Assembly: GCA_963806185.1 (NCBI GenBank)
Contig: CAWDXE010000003.1
Coordinates: 224,001-288,000, forward strand
Direction of reading: 5' to 3'
DNA: 64,000 nt
Source of the DNA: an uncultured candidate division Zixibacteria bacterium
Lineage (GTDB): Bacteria; Zixibacteria; MSB-5A5; GN15; FEB-12
Positions 1-6,940 of this stretch are shown here, one piece after another. Under the pieces are notes generated by a model that saw only the letters and a program-made list of their open reading frames with translations, was not told where the DNA came from and did no database searches. The translations under genes were made by a program, and so were the position numbers. How positions within the stretch are numbered: the first letter of the stretch is position 1; each line of letters starts with the position of its first letter.

Positions 1-1072
1 CGGCAACCTGTTCGGCTACAGAGACAGCAACATCCCGGTACGCCTGATTGGGGCCACTCGTCATAGTCAGACCCCAGAACGTGCCGGGCGCGTAGGCAAC
101 CATGTCGAAATTGAGCATGACTTCGAGTTTCGTGTTGTTGGCCTTAAAGTCGGCGGCCGCAGCTTCCGAACCGACCAGGCCTACTTCTTCGGCCGTAAAC
201 GGCATGAAGATGACCGTCTTACGCAGCGGAACATCTTTCAGTACGCGAGCCACTTCCATGACGAGAGCGGTGCCGGAGGCATCGTCGTCGGCTCCCGGCG
301 CGTACAGACTTCCTGAGGACTGCTGGTTGTAGGAGTCGTAGTGACCGCCTATGACAATCACTTGATCCGGCTCGGCGTATCCGAGTTTCACGACTTTGAC
401 ATTGTAATGATAGCCACCGCCATAGTACACCTGGGGTGTGGTAACGTCGGTGTACCCCCATCCCTGGAATTTGGAGACCATCCAGTTGCGGGCACGAATG
501 ATCGAGTCTCTCCAGATATACCGGGTGTAGAAGGCTTCCAACCGTTGATCCAGTGCTCTCAGCGAATCCATATTGATGAGTTCAGAAAGGGAATCGGTGG
601 GATACGGACCTAAGGGAATCGCCGTGGGAATCGCGGGTGGCTCATACGCGATAGGGATACTAAGATCGCTCAAGAGACGCCAACGTGCCCCGAGACGCGA
701 TTCGATCAACGCGGCCGAGGCCGTAGTAACCGGAGCAACCATCAGACCACTCCCGATGTCTACCGATCCGGCAACGCCGGTCTGAATCATTCGTCGAGCA
801 TCCTGCCCCCGATCCGGATAGATGAGAGCGGTAGCGTCCGGAGTGCAGTCAGGCAGAATGATCTGGTAATCAATCCCGGCCTGAGTAAGTGGAGCCCGGT
901 TCTCCGGCTCGATCACAACGACAAATCGATCGCCGGATCGCGTGAACGCGTGACCCAGCGTAGCTGTCGCGACTTCAGCCTGGGTCCGATCATTGATTGA
1001 GATTACGGCAAGGTCGCCTGCCGACACGGCTCCCGAACAGAGCAAGAGCAGCAATAATACTGTGCGCTTCAT
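1..1072 (-). CDS. Secreted M28-family (M20/M25/M40 clan) metallopeptidase, runs off the window start
   Basis: Own translation (not in ORF track): MKRTVLLLLLLCSGAVSAG... with VIGGHYDS, PGADDDASG, FTAEEVGLVGS and LNFDMV zinc-binding motifs; GGAG RBS before ATG at 1072. Confidence 0.88.
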   Translation of the reverse strand, partial: MKRTVLLLLLLCSGAVSAGDLAVISINDRTQAEVATATLGHAFTRSGDRFVVVIEPENRAPLTQAGIDYQIILPDCTPDATALIYPDRGQDARRMIQTGVAGSVDIGSGLMVAPVTTASAALIESRLGARWRLLSDLSIPIAYEPPAIPTAIPLGPYPTDSLSELINMDSLRALDQRLEAFYTRYIWRDSIIRARNWMVSKFQGWGYTDVTTPQVYYGGGYHYNVKVVKLGYAEPDQVIVIGGHYDSYNQQSSGSLYAPGADDDASGTALVMEVARVLKDVPLRKTVIFMPFTAEEVGLVGSEAAAADFKANNTKLEVMLNFDMVAYAPGTFWGLTMTSGPNQAYRDVAVSVAEQVA

Positions 1073-1228
1073 AAAGAGACTCCTGGTTCCCCGTCTTCTG
1101 TGACTGATGTATAGACGTAGCGAACGAGTCCGCTATGTAATAATATAGCAGTCCTGGGCAAATCTGAGCGGGAAATTGTGTCACCGAAGCCGGAATTCGT
1201 CAGCGATCTGATTTGCGGTTGATCCAGG

Positions 1229-1741
1229 CTAGAGAATGACGCCCTTCTGCAAGGGCTTGAAGACGAATTTGGTACTAGAAGTCCAGTCGCCGCTGACGCT
1301 GATCTTCCGTCCAACAGGAAGGGACGGGCAGTTGGCGGCCGGAATGAAGGCACGGTTGAGGTGACGTTCGACGAAGGCGATCTCAATCTTGCGCTTTCTC
1401 CGGTGTTCCGCGAGAAGCTTTTCGCGTTCGGAACCGGGGGCTATGTGTCGTGTCGGGCCCGTGATGGCGTAGAGTATCTCGGCGCATGACGTGAGAAGTT
1501 GGACGGTGTCTATTTTTTCGCCGGCCAAAGAGGAATCGATGAATCTAAGCGCGGCCAGGCAGGCGCCGAATTCGAGATCGAGCGGCTCGCCGGCAGCGCG
1601 GCACTTGAACAACACTCCGTAGGTGGGGATGGCAAACAAGATCATACCGCTACTAAACCCCCGTTCTTCCAGCCACGGATCGAGCGGGAGGCGTGAGATG
1701 GAGCCAAGGTAGCAGCGAACGGGCGGTAAGGGGACTTTCAT
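1229..1741 (-). CDS. Hypothetical protein, possibly a degenerate RNase HI-like fold
   Basis: ORF 1229..1771, likely ATG at 1741; LEFGACLAALRFI and IEIAFVERHLNRA resemble RNase HI helix A and the C-terminal WxPRExN region. Confidence 0.55.
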   Translation of the reverse strand: MKVPLPPVRCYLGSISRLPLDPWLEERGFSSGMILFAIPTYGVLFKCRAAGEPLDLEFGACLAALRFIDSSLAGEKIDTVQLLTSCAEILYAITGPTRHIAPGSEREKLLAEHRRKRKIEIAFVERHLNRAFIPAANCPSLPVGRKISVSGDWTSSTKFVFKPLQKGVIL

Positions 1742-1754
1742 CTCAACCCTTGGC

Positions 1755-1769
1755 GCAAGTGAGGTGCCC
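1755..1769 (-). promoter_or_regulatory. Candidate sigma54 (-24/-12) promoter
   Basis: Minus strand reads gGGCACctcacTTGC, matching GGCAC-N5-TTGC, just upstream of ATG 1741. Confidence 0.4.
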
Positions 1770-1869
1770 AAACCGACACGATTGCCGTGATAACGTCAAG
1801 ACGCTGTCAGTAATTCAGTTAAGTCGGAATCAGTGAATCGGTGATGAACCGGTCTGAACGCTTCTGCAA

Positions 1870-2301
1870 CTAATCTACAGAGCCCTTCAACACGACGGCC
1901 AGATCGGCCCGGGCGGCAAGATATTTTCCAGTGGCGGTCGCCAACACTGTACCGTCCTCCAGCACTGCCTCCCCTGCCGTTTGCCAGTACCGTCCGCGGT
2001 GGCTGGTGATCCAGCCGCGGAAGATCAATCGTTGACCCATCGGTGCGGGTCGCTGGTACTTGACGGTCAGCTCGGCGGTGACGACGTACACGTCGCTCGC
2101 CATTATTGCCTTGATCATCACTTCGTCGAGCAGCGACGAAGTAACCCCACCGTGCAGAATCCCGCGCCAGCCTTCGAATTGGGCAGACGGAGAGATTTCG
2201 CAGATTGCGCGCCCGCCGTCATACAAAAAACGAGCTTGCAGACCGAAGCGGTTGTCCTGGCCGCACACGAAGCAGCCGCGATAGCTGGGCAATTCTCTCA
2301 T
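1870..2301 (-). CDS. PaaI-family (hotdog fold) thioesterase
   Basis: CFVCGQDN..GL and GILHGGVTSSLLDEVM motifs. Confidence 0.9.
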   Translation of the reverse strand: MRELPSYRGCFVCGQDNRFGLQARFLYDGGRAICEISPSAQFEGWRGILHGGVTSSLLDEVMIKAIMASDVYVVTAELTVKYQRPAPMGQRLIFRGWITSHRGRYWQTAGEAVLEDGTVLATATGKYLAARADLAVVLKGSVD

Positions 2302-2345
2302 ACCTCCGCAAAAGTATACGAGAATTGACGACTCTTTTCGAGGAT

Positions 2346-2373
2346 AAAAAAAACGGCCCGCTCACCGGGCCGT
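2346..2373 (-). terminator. Rho-independent terminator
   Basis: ACGGCCCG-gtgag-CGGGCCGT followed by a T run on the minus strand, after the lipoprotein gene. Confidence 0.8.
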
Positions 2374-2396
2374 CATGCCTTGCTTCAAGTCAGGAA

Positions 2397-3218
2397 TTAC
2401 ATCTGACAAATCGACTTTTTGTATGACGCTGTTTCATCCCCTTGGGTGGCGGTCACTTGGGCGACGCCGTTGTCAAAGTCGGCTTCGAATTCCCAGCCGG
2501 TCTCGGTTGCGGCACCGTCATTGACGATGTGGCTCAATGCAACAGCCATGGAGATCGTACCGCTGACAGGGCAACCTTCAGACCAGCCGGCTGAACGGCT
2601 GATAGTCACGTCGGTCAATGTCCCGGTAACAACATAGTCGCGAACGATCACGTCGGAGCCGGATACAACCTGCGCCGTAAGGGTCAGGGAGTAGGTACCG
2701 TTGACCACGGCGGCGTCACCATCGAGGCCGGTGATGACGAGATCGGTGCCGCTCTCGATGTTGCGATAGCTGTCCGAGGTGTTTTCGTTCGAAGAAGTGA
2801 ACGTGTGATGAAGAGTGATCGTGTTGGCGTTTTGCGCCTCAACTTGCGCTACTCCATCGTGCGAGTACTGGACCGAATCGATAATCGTGGTGCTGACGCC
2901 CGCGGAGATGTTGGACCCGTAGAGCACGTGCCAGGTATTCTGGCTCACCAGCGAATCGACGAAGGACGGGTTCAGCAGAATGTCATCAAGATTACCGACG
3001 CCGCCGGTATTGATGTCGGAGGCAAGCTCGATCCCCTTCTGAATGACCGAAACGGTCGTATCCAGAGACGTACTCACCTCAGCCTTGACGACCGGGTACT
3101 GTGTACTGGTGATCCCCGGATCGGATGGCGTAGTCGGAGAGTCATCAGAACAGCCGACCAGGCCGAGAGTTACGAGGGCGATCAGGCCCACGACCAACAT
3201 TGTTGCACGGAAACGCAT
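2397..3218 (-). CDS. Hypothetical lipoprotein, beta-rich
   Basis: Signal peptide II ending LVG-C then SDDSPTTP; Thr/Ser/Val-rich mature part. Confidence 0.75.
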   Translation of the reverse strand: MRFRATMLVVGLIALVTLGLVGCSDDSPTTPSDPGITSTQYPVVKAEVSTSLDTTVSVIQKGIELASDINTGGVGNLDDILLNPSFVDSLVSQNTWHVLYGSNISAGVSTTIIDSVQYSHDGVAQVEAQNANTITLHHTFTSSNENTSDSYRNIESGTDLVITGLDGDAAVVNGTYSLTLTAQVVSGSDVIVRDYVVTGTLTDVTISRSAGWSEGCPVSGTISMAVALSHIVNDGAATETGWEFEADFDNGVAQVTATQGDETASYKKSICQM

Positions 3219-3277
3219 GTGCGACCCCTTTCGCGAATTTGGGCATCCGCCTCCAGGGCCGTCGCCAACGTCTCGCC

Positions 3278-4186
3278 TCAGCGCAACAGGTAGGCCATAA
3301 TCGCTTTCTGGATATGGAGCCTGTTTTCTGCCTGATCGAAGACTACCGATTTCGGTCCATCCATCACTTCGTCAGTGATTTCCTTGCCGCGCTCGGCTGG
3401 CAGGCAGTGCAAGACGATAACGTTCGGGTCCGCCCCAGTTAACAGAGCCGAATTAATTTGAAATTTCCTTAGCTTCTGTTCCTTCTCCTCCGCCAGATGT
3501 TTCTGCCCCATTGAGGCCCAAACATCGGTATAGACTACATCGGCACCCTTCACTGCTTCTTTAGGGTCGGAGGTGATTAGCAACTTGCTCTGGGGATTGC
3601 GCTTGGCTTTCTCGATAAGTCTCGGTTCGGGCAAAGTGTCTTCGGCAGTACCGAGACGGAAATCTATGGGAATCAACGACGCCAGATTGAGCCAGCTATT
3701 GACGATATTGTTGCCGTCACCCAGATAGGCGACTTTGAAGACTTTTCCCGGTCCCTTTTTCTCCAGAATCGTGAAGTAGTCGCCGAGTATCTGGCAGGGG
3801 TGTTCGAGATCGGTAAGGCCGTTGATTACCGGGACGCTGGCCCATTTGGCGAGGCCATCGACGTCGGACTGCTTGTAGGTGCGGATCATGATCATGCCGA
3901 CATAGCGCGAGAGGACGCGGGCGGCGTCGGCGACGCTCTCTCGTTCGCCCAGCTTGATTTCTTTGTCGGTGATGTAGATCGGGCTGCCGCCGAGTTCGGA
4001 GATACCCACCTCGAAAGAGACACGCGTGCGCAGAGACTCTTTGGTGAAAATGCAGGCGACGGTTTTGCCGGCCAGCGGTTTGGGAGCGATTTCCTTCTGT
4101 TTCATTTTGCGACAGAGTTCGAACACTTCCATGGTCTCAGTCGCGTTAAACGAGTCGATAGTAGTAAATGAGCGGGGCATAGGCAC
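3278..4186 (-). CDS. argF: Ornithine carbamoyltransferase
   Basis: SLRTRVSFE, HPCQ, DVWASMG and HCLP motifs. Confidence 0.95.
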   Translation of the reverse strand: MPMPRSFTTIDSFNATETMEVFELCRKMKQKEIAPKPLAGKTVACIFTKESLRTRVSFEVGISELGGSPIYITDKEIKLGERESVADAARVLSRYVGMIMIRTYKQSDVDGLAKWASVPVINGLTDLEHPCQILGDYFTILEKKGPGKVFKVAYLGDGNNIVNSWLNLASLIPIDFRLGTAEDTLPEPRLIEKAKRNPQSKLLITSDPKEAVKGADVVYTDVWASMGQKHLAEEKEQKLRKFQINSALLTGADPNVIVLHCLPAERGKEITDEVMDGPKSVVFDQAENRLHIQKAIMAYLLR

Positions 4187-4269
4187 TCCTAATGGCTCGA
4201 TGGTTCGTTAGAATTTTGCGGGGAATAAATCGAGTGGGGCAGGCAAAGTCAAGCCGGGGGTATTGCCCC

Positions 4270-4298
4270 TTGACGGAGCCGATTCGGCTGTGTATTTT
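4270..4298 (+). promoter_or_regulatory. sigma70-like promoter
   Basis: TTGACG-N17-TATTTT upstream of the porin gene. Confidence 0.55.
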
Positions 4299-4346
4299 GG
4301 AGAATCATCGCTAAGCCTGGCAACTATTTGGGGGCGAGTCTCCTCA

Positions 4347-5690
4347 GTGACCAAGTCGATAATTCGTTTCAGCACGCAGGCGGCAGCTCTCTGGCTGCTT
4401 CTGGCTTCATTGTCGGTTCAAGCCGAAGAGACTACCAACGATTCCACTCACACAAAGGTGAAGATTTCAGGGCAGGTGCGATTTCGGTGGTTTTTGGAGG
4501 ACCGGCACCCTGCCCCTCGCACCGAGACCAACAACTTCGGGGATCTCCGTGCTCGCATCAATTTCGAAGCCCGTATAAATCCATGGGTGAAGACGGTCGT
4601 GCAGTTACAGAGCAGTCGAGTGATGGGGGAGGTCAATCGAGATTCAGTCTTTTCCGGAAACAGCGCGACGATCTATGCCCACGAGACTTCGGGCAGTCTT
4701 AACGACTCGAGAGAGGTCTCGGCTCACTTGGCATACATACAGATTGACCGGCTATTTACCCATGGCTTGAGTCTGAAGGCGGGGCGGTTTGACTTTTCTA
4801 TAGGCGACGGTCGGCTCTACGGCCCAGCCGAGTGGGATTTGGTTGGCCGAGCGTTCGACGGCGTTATTCTCTCTGAATCATTCTGCAAGATGAGGCTGGA
4901 CCAAATTGCGCTGAAGATTCGGGATAACCGCACATTTGCCGGAGAGTCCATCTACGGGTTACGTGCGCTGGTCCCCACCCCTGATCTTGAGGCGTTTATT
5001 ATGTATGAGAACGACCGGAGTCCTGTCCGGGTTGGTCATGAAACATTCAAAGATGAGTTCCACCGCACGAGTACGGGGTTCTACCATATTTCGGGGAGTC
5101 GTAATCTGGATTGGAAGACGCAGGTGATATATCAATGGGGACAGTATCACGGTCCTCGTCACATTGACGCAACTTTGGTTTCGGGTGAAATCGGACTGAC
5201 AACAACCTGGGTGCGGAAAATTCGCACAGCCGCCGGGTTCGACTGGACGACAGGACTTACCGATCCTGACCGTGTCCAGGAGTCGGTACGCTATTTTTCC
5301 GATCCCTACAAGAGCTACGAGAGTTCTCGCGGCGGATTCCATCTCTTTACGGGCATACAGCTATGGGGAATCTCCGACGTCTATCTTTCTTCCTCAATAC
5401 GCATCGATGACAAGCAGGAATTGACCATCGATGCTCACCAATTCCAGACTTCTCATCCTCGGTATGTCCAATTCACTTCCTATGTCGACGGTCACCCGAC
5501 CGGCATTGTACGGCTCGGTCCGTCGAAGAATCTGGGAACCGAACTGGACCTGGAATACCTCTGCAAATACGTGGCAAATACTCGAATCCAGATTAGTGCT
5601 TCTGTCTTCTTCCCGAGCATTTACTACGCTGCGATGTTCGACCCCTCTCCAATCTTTCGCGCGTATGGCACGCTCACGGTTGATTTCTGA
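4347..5690 (+). CDS. Alginate-export (AlgE-like) outer-membrane beta-barrel protein
   Basis: Signal peptide; SGQVRFR, LKAGRF..GDGRLYG..W...GRAFDG, LGTELDL; C-terminal Phe; GTG 4347 chosen because it lies downstream of the promoter. Confidence 0.75.
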   Translation: MTKSIIRFSTQAAALWLLLASLSVQAEETTNDSTHTKVKISGQVRFRWFLEDRHPAPRTETNNFGDLRARINFEARINPWVKTVVQLQSSRVMGEVNRDSVFSGNSATIYAHETSGSLNDSREVSAHLAYIQIDRLFTHGLSLKAGRFDFSIGDGRLYGPAEWDLVGRAFDGVILSESFCKMRLDQIALKIRDNRTFAGESIYGLRALVPTPDLEAFIMYENDRSPVRVGHETFKDEFHRTSTGFYHISGSRNLDWKTQVIYQWGQYHGPRHIDATLVSGEIGLTTTWVRKIRTAAGFDWTTGLTDPDRVQESVRYFSDPYKSYESSRGGFHLFTGIQLWGISDVYLSSSIRIDDKQELTIDAHQFQTSHPRYVQFTSYVDGHPTGIVRLGPSKNLGTELDLEYLCKYVANTRIQISASVFFPSIYYAAMFDPSPIFRAYGTLTVDF

Positions 5691-5741
5691 TCTGGTTTTG
5701 CACGGGTAAGTTGTTTGACCCCAACAAAATCCCTTGCCGAT

Positions 5742-5767
5742 TGGAACTTGCTCCCTCATATTACGTA
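5742..5767 (+). promoter_or_regulatory. ECF-sigma (SigW/SigE-type) promoter
   Basis: TGGAAC-N16-CGTA, 20 nt upstream of the LiaF-like ATG. Confidence 0.55.
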
Positions 5768-5787
5768 CCGATGAGCAGGTGGCATAT

Positions 5788-6534
5788 ATGAGCAACGGGA
5801 AAATCCTCTTCGGCGTAGCGTTGGTTGTCCTGGGCGTGATTCTCATGCTCGGGACCTTGGACATCATCGATGTCAGCGTCGAATACCTGCTCACCTTCTT
5901 CTGGCCGGTGGCACTCATTATCCTGGGGGCTTGGCTGATCATCCGACGGCAAAATCGCAATGCGAGCGCGCAGGCTGAGATTCACATTAACGTAAACGAT
6001 AATTTTATCCCCCCCGAACCGCCGCCACCTCCGCCGAGCTCCGGCTTCACGGCCACCAAGATCATCTCTTCCGACGGCACGGTAACAAAATCATTCTCTT
6101 CGTTTGGCGATGCGGGGCCCGAGTACCAATCGCGACAGCAGACACACGGTCAACCGGGTAACGGAAAGGTCAAGTACAACAAGTTTGTCGGTGACATGTT
6201 TATTGATCTGCGCAATGTCGATCTGCACAATGTTGAGATTTCCGGATTCCTCGGCGACACGGAAGTCAAACTGCATGGGGCTAAACTGGGGCCGGGGTTG
6301 AATCGCTTGATCATTTCCGGCTTCATCGGCGACGTACGCGTGCTGGTACCGCCCGACCTTCCCGTACTGGCACATTGCTCAAGTTTTATCGGCGATCTTG
6401 ATCTGCTGGGGAGAAGATCATCCGGGCTCGGGAACACGATCGAAGCACAGTCGGACAGTTACGCGACGTCGTCATCGAAGCTGTATATCGCGACGAACAA
6501 TTTCATCGGCGACGTGCGGATTTACTCGGTGTAG
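5788..6534 (+). CDS. LiaF-like cell-envelope stress protein (N-terminal TM hairpin + DUF2154-like C-terminus)
   Basis: FWPVALIILGAWLI TM segment; repeated FIGD/FLGD/FVGD beta-helix motifs. Confidence 0.8.
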   Translation: MSNGKILFGVALVVLGVILMLGTLDIIDVSVEYLLTFFWPVALIILGAWLIIRRQNRNASAQAEIHINVNDNFIPPEPPPPPPSSGFTATKIISSDGTVTKSFSSFGDAGPEYQSRQQTHGQPGNGKVKYNKFVGDMFIDLRNVDLHNVEISGFLGDTEVKLHGAKLGPGLNRLIISGFIGDVRVLVPPDLPVLAHCSSFIGDLDLLGRRSSGLGNTIEAQSDSYATSSSKLYIATNNFIGDVRIYSV

Positions 6535-6560
6535 ATCACTCTTTCAATTCAACTCGCTTC

Positions 6561-6835
6561 TGTCATACCAGACCCGCAGTTTGTCATTCTGGAGCGAAGC
6601 TCCAGAATCTCGGACTTCAAGAGTCTTACGTCATTGTCATTCCGGACCTTCCACATTGTCATTTTGAGCCGCTGGCTCAGAAACATTGTCATTCCGGACC
6701 CGAGGTCCGGAATCTGTAGGGCATGGTGCAGATAGTGCTAATCCCTACGCTGGATTCCCGCGTTCGCGGGAATGACATGAGGGGGCGGGAATGACATGAG
6801 AGAGCGGGAATGACAAGAGGGAAACGGGAAGGACA
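6561..6835. repeat. Cluster of TGTCAT(T)-initiated palindromic repeats (dRS3/REP-like) with a central GTAG-type REP
   Basis: Five TGTCAT-started units, e.g. TGTCATTCCGGACCCGAGGTCCGGAAT; GTAGGG...CCCTAC at 6716-6748; ATTCCC-N8-GGGAAT at 6754-6773; then inverted GGGAATGACA copies. Confidence 0.8.
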
Positions 6836-6892
6836 AAGGGGGTGCGAGAGATTGGCGAGGCACTGGTAGCTGTGGAGAGTATGCCCCGTCCA

Positions 6893-6922
6893 CAAAAAAA
6901 CCCGCCTGACGGCGGGCTCTTT
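6893..6922 (-). terminator. Rho-independent terminator, possibly bidirectional
   Basis: AAAAAAA-CCCGCC-tgac-GGCGGG-CTCTTT between convergent genes. Confidence 0.8.
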
Positions 6923-6940
6923 GTCCCCAGTGGTATTCGG

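Noticed and set aside
1..1072. M28 peptidase as maturation enzyme for the GEHPWD peptide
   Set aside because: It is about 9 kb away with unrelated genes between; no sequence evidence of linkage.
6561..6835. Possible CRISPR array
   Set aside because: Units vary in sequence, length and orientation, there are no regular unique spacers, and no cas genes are present.
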